Shown here: positions 1 through 12,870 of the stretch, piece by piece
Layout: every line of letters begins with the position of its first letter
Position numbering within the stretch: position 1 is the stretch's first letter
NCBI GenBank assembly: GCA_000165425.1
Contig: CT868230.1
Coordinates: 62,001 to 126,000 of the forward strand
Source: Paramecium tetraurelia
Lineage: Eukaryota
Direction of reading: 5' to 3'
Length of the DNA: 64,000 nt
Notes under the pieces: model-generated
Seen by the model: only the letters and a program-made list of their open reading frames with translations
Told to the model about the DNA's origin: nothing
Database searches by the model: none
Position numbers and translations under genes: made by a program

Positions 1-176
1 ATCTCCAATTGCTAATCTGAAGTGAGATTTGCTGTCTATTCAAATATGCTTCTGAAATATCTGATGATTTGCTCTTGATATTCATCATAATCCACTCTAA
101 TAGGAATGAGCTGATTTCTGATGGCCGGATCTCTTTGGTTTAAGTATGATAATATATCATAATTAGTTTAATTCAT
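1..176 (-). CDS. Hypothetical protein, 5' part (runs off the window start)
   Basis: ATG at 176 after an AT-rich leader; table-6 frame MNQTNYDILSYLNQRDPAIRNQLIPIRVDYDEYQEQIIRYFRSIFEQ is open to the window edge. Confidence 0.6.
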
Positions 177-213
177 AAAAATAATTTATAAAGCAACCAA
201 TGGAATAAAATGA

Positions 214-1070
214 TCATACATATTTATTAAACTTATAGATAGTTTCTTAGATCTTAATCAAATTGTCTACATTTATATATACATATACTAGGTAGTTTAT
301 TGTTTGTTAACTATCCTACATAAAAAATTCATTATGACTAGTACTTATTTGATTATTAAACTTTACATAAATATATTAGATTTATTTAGCTGTGTACTCT
401 AGAGTTAAATCCTTATTTTAATTGAATGAATAGTTGAATAAACTATTAGAGACTTTTTGAATACTGAAATTTCTAAGATATTCTGGATGAAAGTAAAAGG
501 CATTTTTGATTAAATTTCTAGCTTAATTATGAGAATTCTATAAATCTATTTGATAAATTGATTTCTTTATCTTTAATATCTCTAATCTAATAATATACAT
601 TTTGAAGCATTTTGTTAAATATCATCTAGATTTAATTCTTCAACTTACTTTTCTTTATAATTCTATAGACATTTCAAGTTATTGTGAATTGATTAAGAAT
701 TCTTCTTTCTTAACTTTTTTTTCAATTTTTCCAATTTCTCTTTCAATTTGACTCTTACCTTAAATAATAATTGTTTATTCTTTTGAATAGAGAACAAGGC
801 TAGATTTATTGATTTAGACATCATTTATTACTTAAAATATGATTTGGGAATTCTCTAATTTTTGTTAATACCTTCTTTTATTTATTCTATTAAAGCTCAT
901 CTCACATTCGATATTTGATGGTCTATTTAATTTTCAGAGTAATTCATCTTTAAGATCCTTTGAGTATAAGGTTGTTTAACTTGGTTCCATTATTTTTCCT
1001 AAATTTACAATAATATTTACTTAAAACTGTTCTATACTTTTAACTTACATTTAATTCTTATATTCACCAT
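214..1070 (-). pseudogene. Probable decayed gene relic (coiled-coil-like fragments)
   Basis: Coding-like stretches (e.g. EEFLINSQQLEMSIELQRK, VEELNLDDIQQNASK) and an intron-like gtaaatattattgtaaatttag, but frames switch and hit TGA repeatedly. Confidence 0.3.
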
Positions 1071-1272
1071 TGCTGTTATGAGAAACGTAGAATGTTGCAC
1101 AAAAGTGAAACGAAAAAGTATTCAAAGTGTAAATCACAAATCCTTCAGATTTATGTCATTTGATTTGTAATTCATAATTGATACTATATTCAATAAGACG
1201 TATCAAAATGATAAAATATTAATCTTTTAATTCTCTCTCCTTCATTTCTGCTATCTTTATTAATAAAATTAA

Positions 1273-3008
1273 ATGGATATACTCCTTCCTCAGACCCAAG
1301 GCGAAATAGTATACATTTATATTTCTGCTCGTAATCTTCGAAATTTGGATCATTCAAACATACTAGATTTCAGATGCCGAGTATACCTTAAGGATGATTT
1401 CGTAGGGGAAACAGAAGTCTCGAAATCTTCACTTGACCCTGATTTCAAATAGCCCATTCCAATCATGTACAAGTTTAACAAAAAATAAAAACTGACTTTC
1501 CAAATAGTCGATGCTGATTAGGAATTGTCTAATCAATTGATTACTCAATCGAATCAAGCAGCTCTTGTTGGATCATGCAAATAACCTCTAGCTAAACTGA
1601 TGGGAGCTAGAAATTCATTGAGTCAACTCAATCTATTGAAGGGTGATGAAATAGTTGGAAATATCATTATTCACGTCACCAAAAAAGGACCTTAAATTAT
1701 TGGATAAAAATAGCAAGGACCCAAAGTTACGGAGATAAAATGGCGTTGGGCTGGTATCAATTAAATTTTAATTATAATAGGTGTCAAATTGCTTGACTTA
1801 GATTTTTTCACTAAATCAGATCCATTCGCTAAATTTCATTCAGTCAATGGTGATTAAATCGATTTGATTCATTAAACTGAAATCATCAAAAATAATTTGA
1901 ATCCTAATTGGATGGGATGGGAAACTACTGAAGAATAAGCCTTCAAACATTCAAAATAACTATATGTAGAGGTCATGGATTACGATAAGTTAGGATCTCA
2001 ATAGGTTACAATATATTTTACCATTAGATTGGACATGTGACAATCGACTATAATGAGATCAAAAACAATAAAAGAGCAGAATTTCCGTTATTGACTCCAA
2101 AAGGAAAAAATGCTGGTACATTAAAATTAGTAGAGTTGGCAATAATTGAACCACCTATTGAGGCTGTAGAAATAGTATAAGAAGAACCAAAAGATCCCAC
2201 ATTTCTAGACTATCTCATGGGTGGATGGCAAATGTCATTGACAATAGGTATTGATTTCACATTCTCAAATTAACCCATCACTAAACCTGATTCCTTACAT
2301 AAAATTGACCCAAATAAACTCAATTATTATCAATAAGCAATGAAAGTAATTGGTGGAGAGATTGTTGCATTCGATTATGATAAAGAAGTGCCAGTTTATG
2401 GATTCGGAGGAACACCAAAACTTCCTACTTATACAAAGAATACGATGGATGATTGTTTCCCAATAAATGGAAATAAGGATAATTCAAATTGTTAGGACAT
2501 TAAAGGAATATTGGAGGCTTATGTCAGTGCAGTTCCTTAAATTGTTTTTTCAGGCCCCACATTCATTGCCAATGTATTGAGCAAGGCACATCAATTTGCA
2601 GTAGAGAATGCAAAATAGAATATATATACAGTAGCCATGATTCTTACTGATGGATAAATTGAGGATCAGTAATTAAATTTATTATTATTTAGGGATGATG
2701 CAATAAAAGTATTATTACAATGCCAGAATTTGCCAATGTCCATTGTCATTATTGGAGTTGGAGATGAAAACTTTAAGTACATGAAATAGTTTGATGATCC
2801 TAAATTCCTTAAGAAACATGCTAAAGAGAATCAAACAATTAGAGACATCATCCAATTCGTTTCATTTTAAGATTTTAAGAATGACATTGAATAGATGAGT
2901 TCTGTTGTTTTGGACCAATTACCCAAACAATTCATGGACTACATGCACGTCAATAACATCCTACCTGTTAAAATGTCGTCAGTTCACATTGGTAAAGCAT
3001 TGTAATGA
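1273..3008 (+). CDS. Copine (two C2 domains plus vWA domain), Ca2+-dependent phospholipid-binding protein
   Basis: ISARNLRNLD...VGETEV (C2A); LLDLDFFTKSDPF...TEIIKNNLNPNW (C2B); SLTIGIDFTFSN, FDYDKEVPVYGFGG, FSGPT, ILTDGQIED, PMSIVIIGVGDENF, RDIIQFV (copine vWA); introns at 1754-1780, ~2005-2027 and 2669-2692. Confidence 0.95.
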
Positions 3009-3052
3009 TAGATCATAAAATTAAATGATATTTATAATATTTTGGATGAATA

Positions 3053-4180
3053 TCAAACTTTGATGTTTGAGAAATCTACGCTTTTGACTAAACTCAAGGC
3101 GGATTCACTGACTCCCAACTCTCTGGTGAATTCATTCTTGGTATTAGTATAGATGTCAGTTTCTTCAGCATAAGTGTTGTTTTCTAATTCCAATTCAGCA
3201 GTGTATTGTTTTTAATCAGCTGCTCTTTGGTCTCTGAATTCAGTCATTGAATCAATTTTCTCTAAGGAGATTAAATCAAATGTGTTTACCATTGGTGGCA
3301 GTCAAGTCGACTGTAGCTCTGTTGATTTATCTTTAGAATTCACTGTATTCCTCATCTAATTATTCAAGGTAAGCCTCGTGATCAACAACGTCTTAGGCTT
3401 CTTAGGCTGTCAAATCATTGATTTAATCAACGACTGCATTTCTGAATTCGTTGAGAGCATCAACAATGTTCTTCAATACGTCTTGATTAGAGAAGTTTTG
3501 ATTAGAAGCCAAATTAATCAAGGCCTTGATCATGGGTGCCATTCTTGATCTTGATCTGATCTTGTTTTCGATGTTCTTGAGTGTGTTTTAGAATCTTCTG
3601 ATTTATAACAATGATGGGTTAGTGAGGGAAGCAAGAAGAGCCAAAGCATCATCAACTGAGGCAGTAGCATCATTCAATTCAGCAACTTATGCTTCGAAGG
3701 CTTCGTGTTCTTATTCTCTAACTAAGATTGCTTCATCATAATTCTTTCTGTTGTCCTCTTGATATCCAATGACTGAATCAATCTTGCTTTAGATTTAGGC
3801 TCTTCTTGGGTAGAGGAGATTGTCCAATGTGTCTTGTGTGTTATTGACATCTTGATTATTCAAAATTACACAATACCAATTACAGCATCTTGGATGTCTT
3901 GTTCCAAACTGACTACTAAGGCATTATGTTCATTTGTTCTCACTTAGAAATTGAATTCTAATTCTTCTAATTCATCTTCCAAATCATTGATAAGTTCTTC
4001 AATAGCATCAATTAATTCTTGAACTGGTCCTCCAGCCATTGAGTGTAATTCAACCAAGTGAAGTAAGGCTTTTCCATAGGTGCTTTTAGCTAAATCAGCT
4101 TACACCTTAGCCATATTTCTCTCTTGGACTCTGGCTGTAAAGGCCACAGCAATGAGTGCAATCAGAATAATTGATTTCAT
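3053..4180 (-). CDS. Trichocyst matrix protein precursor (TMP family)
   Basis: Signal peptide MKSIILIALIAVAFTA; YGKALLHLVELHSMA/GGPVQELIDAIEELINDLEDEL; acidic heptad coiled coils and central basic region (KIRSRSRMAPMIKALINLAS); two tiny introns. Confidence 0.9.
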
Positions 4181-4624
4181 TTATTTAATTATTAATCATA
4201 TAAAAACGAATTTTTCTAATTATCAACCATTAATTAAGCATTCCTCCTCCCCTCACTTGAGAACTATATCATACTGATTTTTCCTCATTTCCTACTCTCA
4301 CTCAATCGCACTCTCCTTCTAATTCCACTTTTTGATACTTACCAACCAGACTAAATTTGTCTCACTTAATCCCCAAACCAAAAACGAATTCTTTAAATTG
4401 ATGATCTCAATGCAAAACATTCAAAGGCTAAACAACACGTTTAGAATACAAGGCTACCTACTCATTTGACAGTCATATAAGGATATAACTAACTGAATAT
4501 TTGAAGAATATCAAATTGATTATTATAAAAATAAAAATAGATTGGATTCGATCTTACTATGCATCTGAATCCAAGAATAATGGTTGATGTATTTTTATAA
4601 ATATCAAGCAAATTCTATTTGTTT

Positions 4625-5065
4625 TCAGGAGAACAAACCTAAAGTCTATTATATCTAATGACTATGCTTTGATTTTGAATTGAAAAGATTTCTCATCTCA
4701 TTCAACGAATTGAGCATTTTCTTTTAATCAAGAGTAAGTAAGTGTTTGTGATCTATAATTTACCACTCAGTCACATCTGTTTCCTCTTCTATAGTCTGTA
4801 TCATGAAATCTGAATCTGAATTTTGACTCCTCACCCTCTCTATTTGATTCTCGTCTATCAAGAAAGTCACCTCCTCCTCAACTGAATACATAAGCACTTT
4901 CCTCTCGGGCGTTCTTATTTAATCGGAATTGAACCTCACCAATCGATTATTCTACTTTGGGATCATTGTCTACTCCTAAAATGACAGAGATCTTGGTTTT
5001 CCAACTTCTTGAGTCAAATTCAGATGTTGATGGAAACGAGCAATTATGGATACATCATCCTCCAT
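4625..5065 (-). CDS. Hypothetical protein (146 aa)
   Basis: Intronless table-6 ORF MEDDVSIIARFHQHLNL...QQTLGLFS-TGA with coding-like composition; the frame is also open upstream to about 5560. Confidence 0.6.
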
Positions 5066-6152
5066 GTTTAAATGGTAGCATTTATATAATTCTAAATTCT
5101 AATTTTTACCATTATGCTCAATAACGATTTAAAGCAAGTAGTTTTAATAACACGATTACTTAACCAAGAAATTTTGATGCAATGAACTCTTTGTGAAAAT
5201 ACAGCAAAGTGAATTTTTTTCAAAAGTGCATTGTTTGCTACAAGGCATATTTCGGTTGTTATTACTTTTAAATTACAAAATCCATTATTCAGCCAAAATT
5301 CTCCTGTGACTCATATTATGCTCCAAGTATATCGATATACTTAAGCCAACTTCGTTAGATTTTGAGTTTAGTGTCTAATTAAAAACATTCTGATTGCCAA
5401 CATCTTAATTCAGACATACTCTTTTATTTATTATAGTTGTCATGTATTCATTCAGTATAAATTTATGATTTTGCATAGCTTAAATTAGATGCTCCTTTTT
5501 TAAATTGTTATAATTTATAAATTAGACATTTTTTTGCAAGGACCCATTTCTACTTAACTTTCAGTTTTTTTCTGATTGATTTTTCAGTGACACGTAGCTC
5601 AAACCAATTGTGAAGAAGAACGATTCCAAGACTTATTCAAGCTAGAGATGGCTTTCAGTATCTTGATGAGTCATGAACTTTAAATTTTATATACTATACT
5701 ATGTAATTGTGTTCAATAAAAATAAATAAAAATTAATATGTAATATGAAATAACAATAATTATTAATTTTAAGCACTATCAAGAGGATAGTTCCATAACT
5801 TGAACAATAACTTAATAAAAGAGTAGATTTGATCAATGTTTTATGGTTCTCTCTTCTATATTCTTAATTCTGCAATATACAGAATTAATTAATAATATAA
5901 TATAGAAATTACACTATAGAAGCAATTAAATAGTAATAAATATTAGATGAATAGCTTCAAAAAAGGTTACCTGACTGCATTTCACTTAAAAATAACTTGC
6001 TTCCGTTAAGAACTTATAAAATGAAAATGAATCTGAAAATTCCTCAATGTAATTGATTGATAATTAGAAATCTTTAGATCAAAACATTTAAAAAACAAAA
6101 AACCATACTAATTTTAAATTGATGATGTTATTAATTTTATTTATAAATCAAA

Positions 6153-7947
6153 ATGCTTAGCATATTTCAGTCTTGCAAGAGCAAAACCTCAAGTTTTGAC
6201 AATAACAAATTGCGTTGTCACTCAACTAGACTCTCCCAAACTCAATATTCTTGTCCAAGAGTAACTGAGGAAGACAAATTATTATTTGAGAATACTTAAT
6301 TAAAATATCAGCTTCATTAGTTGGAAGAGGAATTTAAAATGTATAAACTAAAATAAAGACATATGAAAGTATTTATAACACTTAGAAATGTAGACTGGAT
6401 AAAACTTTAGCGGAGAAATTTGTTTTTAATTGTAGAATCTGAGAAAGTTACAGACTATAAATAAGTAGCTGGAACAGGAGTTGCTATAAAAGGTTAAGGA
6501 GATTGAAGAGATGAAAAAATCAATGAACCTTACCAAATAGCAAGAATTACAAATTGAGTGTAAGGAATATCATTCAGAATGCCTACGATTAAGAAAATAA
6601 ATTTAATAACTTAATTAGCTTCTAAATTACAAACTCAACGGAGTTAATTTGAAAGATCTCTATGAAGATTTGGAAAAAAGACTTAAAAAATTACAAGTTG
6701 AAACTAAATAATAATAATAACTAATTTAATAATTACAATCTGATACAACAAAATATAAAAATTAGATCGAAAAATTAGAGCTCGAGAATAAACATTTTGA
6801 AAGGGAAAACAAAAAATAACTACTTTTGATAAGCCAAATACAAGTGCCTCAGCCAAATAAATTTAAGAATAGACTACAAATTTATAGAGATGAAGTTGAA
6901 ATCACTAAACTGTAAGCAAAGATTATGGAACTACAACAGCAACTTATAAATTAACAGAATTACAAGGAGTAGTATATACAATAGCTCTTAAAGATTATCA
7001 ATGAAAAGGATGATTAACTATAAGCTTATGAATTATCAAATCCAAATCTAATTATCAAATAAGCAACTGAAACGTAATAATTGATTCTAGATTAAAAGTA
7101 CTAAAAATTTGTAGAGAATATTTAAAGTGAAAAGTCTATTGAGAATGAAATAATCAGTGATATGCCATCCTAAATGAATCTTTTGAGGCAGCCAAGCATT
7201 CGAAAAAAATAGCATATGCTTGATTATCAGAAATCATTTCAAATTGATATCACGAGCATAAATGGGTTTGAAGAAAATTCCCCTTAAACTGAAGAAGTGG
7301 ATGATAACATATCCATCAAAAAGGAGTTCAAAATTTAAAAACTTCCTAAAGTCAACTATTATGAAGTCAGAACCATAGGTCAAAGGCTAAAGTTTCAATT
7401 TTAATTGAAATAGATTCCCCTGATATATTTGGATCAACTTCTGAATTATTACGAGGATTCCGAAATCACTATAGAAGAAGTCATAGAAATTTTAACCAAG
7501 GAGCCTTTTATGATGAATGATGAGAGAGAAAAGCTGTTGGTGGCTCGGTATCTTGTCGAAGATAATACCTAAGATTATGTTCTCCATAGTCTCAAAAATT
7601 CTAATTCCATCTCAATTATTAAAAGTGTTTTGAAATAGTTATTAGGTAAGTATGAGTTGTTTTCTAATTCGGAAAGGAATAATATTGAATAACATCTAAA
7701 ATAGGTACTCACGAAACATCAATACAAGATACAAGACACTTTATAATAATTGGCAATCAAGAAGAACTATTCGTAGTAGGGAGAATGTGATAACTCTGAT
7801 TATGAAACTACATTGAGATTTTGTGAAATCTAATTATAACCAAGATCAATTGAATATATGGAAATGATAAACTACAATTTAGGAAAAAATTTAGAGAAGA
7901 TAAATTACAAATCATTACTCTAATATTTTTGCGATTCTTAATCATGA
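6153..7947 (+). CDS. Coiled-coil protein with an IQCE/lebercilin-like motif
   Basis: Long table-6 ORF with one intron (~6369-6393); motif EIEEMKKSMNLTKQQELQIECKEYHSECLRLRK resembles the IQCE-type coiled coil (family recalled, not searched). Confidence 0.7.
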
Positions 7948-8085
7948 TTTTAATTGTTTATACATTTTTGATGTTAAATAGTCTATGTATGTCTAGATTC
8001 AATAAACATAATCATTTTCTACATGAATTCTTATTTAAAAATTTTTATATTCTAATTTGTATCAATACTTTTTGTTTTATATAAA

Positions 8086-9310
8086 ATGAAAACTTCAAAT
8101 AAAAGGCAAACATGCAAAATAATGAAAATAATACCTTTTTCAAATAAATATACAAACTTCGTAAATGATAAAGACAAGTAGTTAAAGAATTAATGTTAGA
8201 GTAATTTGTTTTAGTAAATAATCCTAATAATGTTCATTATACAATCTAACATTATCCAAGATTATCAGAAAATTTAATCTGAAAAAACAACCGAAATTAA
8301 TGCAGATAATAGATAACAACAAGTATCGTATCTAAACTCAGTAGATTACTGATAGGAGAATAAAATGGTGATATTTAGATAATTGATATATCTACTGCAA
8401 AGTTGATAACAAATCTTTCTAATCATGCCTATTAAGTTGTACAGATAATACCATTTGAAGATCAATATATGATTACTATGTGCCAGAATAAGGAAGCAAG
8501 AATATGGGATTCAAAGAATTTGAAATAGATATTCAAGATCAATCATTAAACTGCTGTAAAGCAAATATACTTTTCAAAAAATGGATAAAAGGTGATTTTA
8601 GTAGCGTATGATTGTTCAGTTAAAGTATATGTCATTCTATATTAGATATTTTCAACTTAAACAGGAGAAATTATAAATTAAATAAATCACAACATTTAAC
8701 AAGTTTATTACATTAAATATTTTTAATAATTTGATTAATGTTTGATAGCTTATTAAAACAAATAAGATAGGTAAATTTAAAAATTATCTAATTAGGCAGG
8801 TTCTTTTGTGGGACATACAAGAATTTACAAATAAATAAATTCTCTAGGGATTTAATAACAGGATACAAGATGTATATTTTAATTCAAAGAGTAAAAAAAT
8901 ATTAATTTCAAAAGATCTCGATTTAGCAGTGATTCCTTCCAATTCAAATAAATTGATTATATATAATATATTGTCTGAAGAAATCAGAGCAGAGATTAAA
9001 GGGCTAGCTCATTAAAACAAAATTAATGTGGAATTTACTAAAAATAACCATCTCATTATTGATGATCAATAGCACATTTTAGTCTAGTATTTATTGATTA
9101 AAATTAAGTACCGAAAATGGAAAATTTAATTAAACCTTATTTACATTTAATGAGAATTAGATTAAATACTTATAAATCATAGCAAATTAAAGTCGCAATA
9201 ATAATAGGCAGAGCATCTAAATGAATGATTAAAAAATAACTCAAGACGATGAAACAAATCAAAGTTAGATTTGGCTTCATACACCCTCTTATTTAGCACC
9301 TATAAGCTGA
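8086..9310 (+). CDS. WD40-repeat protein
   Basis: After removing five 21-25 nt introns: LLIGEQNGDIQIID, NHAYQVVQI...ITMCQNKEARIWD, NHQTAVKQIYFSKNGQKVILVAYDCSVKIFS, QVLLWD. Confidence 0.75.
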
Positions 9311-9758
9311 TATGATATTTAAATATTAATAAATGTAAATAATGAATTCATAAAATATAATATTATATGAAATCTATATTTATAATTATTAGATAATTTT
9401 GATTTCATAATTATAATAGCTTCAAATTCAATTCAATTAAATTCCATCTCTTTATACAATAATTAATATATGATTATTCTGAATCTAATTTTAGGATCCA
9501 GTGAATTAATCATATTTACAATTGCAACCTATAATTTATTAAAAAAAAGACAATATTAATAGAAATCATATAAAAAATTCTAAATAGATCAAATTAAATT
9601 AATAAACATTATTTATAAATTTAAAGACTAGATGAGGCTTACTAGTTACCTACAATTTAATTAATAAAACTGCTAATTGAAATGATTATTAATTTATACA
9701 TCAAATATTCTAATAATAAATGTATTATTCTATGTAATTAATAATTAAAATTATTAAT

Positions 9759-10608
9759 ATGCAATATACTTCTTCATAACTAATTCGAAATCAAACTCCT
9801 GAAGACTTAATTTAATCATATTCGACTTAAAAAAGAGATAATGTCTCCACCAACTCTAAGATGTAGACTTAAATAAAAGTAAGCCATATTTTTTAATAAT
9901 GAGCATTCAATTGAATTACTAAAATGCAACCTAATAAGTCGTTAAACAGTAAGTGATTTTACAAATAGAAGTTAAGACTAACTTGTTTACTAATTATTTT
10001 AACTTTAATAGAAAGTACATAATTCCTAAAAATAATTCATTAAAAAAGAATTGTATTTGTAAGAGTAGATACTTTAGACCCAAAAAAACTTTGATAAAAC
10101 AATGAACCTAATGAAATTAAAATACTAGATGTAAATAGATGATCTAAATTCTGAACTAAAGGTGAAGGATGAGGAAATCTATAGTCTTAATTTATAATTA
10201 TAATAAAGCAATTTGAATAAAATTGAGGAAAGATTGTATTCATCTTAATAAAAGCAAAAATCTTAAACTAGCGAATATTTAAATACTGAAAGTTCAAGAA
10301 TGAACAGTCAATTAAAAATGCCAAGAAGTTCTTCTGGTGTGAGCAAATATTAAAAAGAATTGAATAGAATTAAACTTCAGACAGCAGAGTTTGCTTAAAA
10401 ATTTGAGAATGAGAAAAACCAAATTCAAACAGATATTGCCATTTTGAAAAATTAGAAATAAGTTCTCTAAGGTTACTTAAATTTTAGTAAAGGATAAAGT
10501 ACCGATCGATCATATTATAATTCGCCAATAAAACTAAATAGTATGATGACCAATAGACAGAGTAGCTCTTCGTTTGGAGTCAAAGATTATTTCTCTCGCA
10601 AACAATGA
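9759..10608 (+). CDS. Hypothetical coiled-coil protein
   Basis: ATG 9759, intron gtaagcc...aatgag, open frame through MKLKYQMQIDDLNSELKVKDEEIYSL to TGA 10606-10608. Confidence 0.65.
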
Positions 10609-10650
10609 TAATCTTTATGTATCAATTTTATATAGCAATAAATAATTGAA

Positions 10651-12788
10651 TCAATATTTTGTGAGGAGTTCCTCCATATATAAAATTTAGTCAAAGAGTT
10701 GCCAATAGCCTATGTTTTCCTCTCCCAATAACTATACGAGTTGTTTTCTTAATTCTTGAGTAGAAAGCTCTAAGAACATACTTTCAAATTGTTACATTTA
10801 GTCTTCATTAATTGCAATGCTTTTTCAACAAGATTGTTACCTAATCCACCTTCACATCTATGTCTTAATAGTTTAATTCTATCTTAAATTCGAGCAACAA
10901 TAGAATTAATTGGTTTTATTTCATCCTGATCAAGTCCAACATCATCTCCTTAATCTTCATCATCCAGGTCTTCATTCTCTAATTCCTCTTCAACTAATGG
11001 AATGACTTGTCCAGCTACACTGTTAGAAAATTCTTACTTTCTAAAGCTTTGATTTGCATGTTTTACACCTGTCTATTTTGTTAAAGCGACTAACTAATCT
11101 CTTGTATTTTCAAAGTCTTATCTTTAAGTTTGGTCTTCATTAAATCGAGCCTTTAATCAACATCCACTTCCTCTTCATACTCTTCTTCATTTTCGATTTC
11201 CTAAATAGCCATGACTCCCTCACTGTCTTCAGAATCATAGAATTCTTCCTGAACCTTTAAAGAGCTATCCTTAGATTGACGATACTATGCCTATTTCCTT
11301 TCTTAAGCTAATTTTCTATTTTAATAGCTTTCCTTATAAATTTATTATCTTTCCTTCTCTTCTTAAATAGTTTTTTCTTCATCCCTTTTTTGCTTCTTCT
11401 GAATAACCCTTTCTTTAGCACTAATAGTACTATCATCCCTCAGTCTATCTTTTTCAAGGGATAAACTTCTTTCTTTTTATTTTTGTCTTATCTCATTGGG
11501 TCTTCTATCCCTTTCCAAAGATACCTTCCTTTAATTCACTCTAAGATAGTCAGGTCTTTATTGGGCATCTGTTTTTTAAGTATTTTCTGATTTATTGGTG
11601 ATGTTTTCTGTTGTTGCTTTAGTATTTGGATTAGTTTCAGTATATTTAGTATTTTGAGTAGGAAGTTTTTATTACTTCTTTTATTCTAACCTTTTAATTT
11701 CATCTTCCAATTTCTTTTTCTCAATTTATTCTTTTTTCAACTACTTCAATTTCAATGCTTCTTATTCTTAAATTTAAATAAGCATTCTTTATTCTGCTCT
11801 ACCTCCTTTCTCTAACTCATTTTTAATATCAGCAATAGTGGCACCTTAAGCCATTTATTTTTGATAGTGTTAAATAAGTGGTAGGACTCCAATTTATTCA
11901 GCCTATTCGTATAATGTATCCACATACATATCATCTAAATCAGCTGATTGTGGTTCTAAGAATATTGATAATGAAAATACCACTAAAAACTTCAAGCATG
12001 TAATAAATAATCCTTAATTTGATGATTGGCTTATGAACTATTTCCTAGATGGTCGGTCTAGCCTTTGGATTTGTATTAAGCATTTTGTTTATAAGATCTC
12101 TCAATGCCTTCGAATAGGTTGGACTGATGGATGAATATGAACCTTTTAATATTTTCAATGCCAATCCATTCATTGATTATGCATCAAAGGCGTGTCTCAG
12201 ATTACACATTTCATAGAGACAACATCCAAGTGCCCATACATCACTTTTATATGAATATGGTTTATATTTAAATAACTCTGGACTCATATAGTAGGGAGTT
12301 CCTATGCAAGTGTTAGCTAAATCACGAGTTGAGTCAAGCACTTTAGCAATTCCGAAATCTCCTAATCTAACTCTGCCATTTTTCAGAAATATATTTTATG
12401 TCTTCAAATCTCTATGTAATATCTTTTGTTCATGTAAGTAACATAAGGCCAATGTCATTTGTGCAAACCAATCCAAAATTTGAGATTCAGGGAAACTTTT
12501 CTTGTTTCGAATCTTTTAATAGATGTCTCCACCTTCGCAATGTATCATTACTATGTTTAAATATTGTTCTCTATCTAAATATGAATCCTTGTAAGCTACA
12601 ATGTTTGGATGTCTCAATTTCTATAGTAATCTGACTTCATTTTCAGTATTCTCACGATCCTTCTAACTCATGTCTCTGATTTTGATTCGCTTAATAACAT
12701 AAAGTCGATCTTCTCTTTTATTTCTAGCCAAATACACCTAACCAAATGAACCAGAGCCGATCGATTTGACTATTTCATAAAATTCCAT
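10651..12788 (-). CDS. NIMA-related (NEK) Ser/Thr protein kinase
   Basis: [83 protein letters not shown]-terminal coiled coil; two introns. Confidence 0.95.
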
Positions 12789-12870
12789 TATTTTAAATAT
12801 TCATAATAATTATAGTTAATTAATGTGAATATTATTTTAAATTATATTAGTAATAATAACAGATATATAA

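Noticed and set aside
4230..4504. Pyrimidine-rich plus-strand TGA-free frame upstream of TMP
   Set aside because: No ATG and no recognisable motif; at most a relic
5066..5674. Minus-strand frame from ATG 5674 through a single in-frame TGA (5561-5563) into the 4625-5065 gene, as a possible selenoprotein or readthrough
   Set aside because: No redox motif or recognisable SECIS, the extension is not clearly protein-like, and long TGA-free frames arise by chance with only one stop codon
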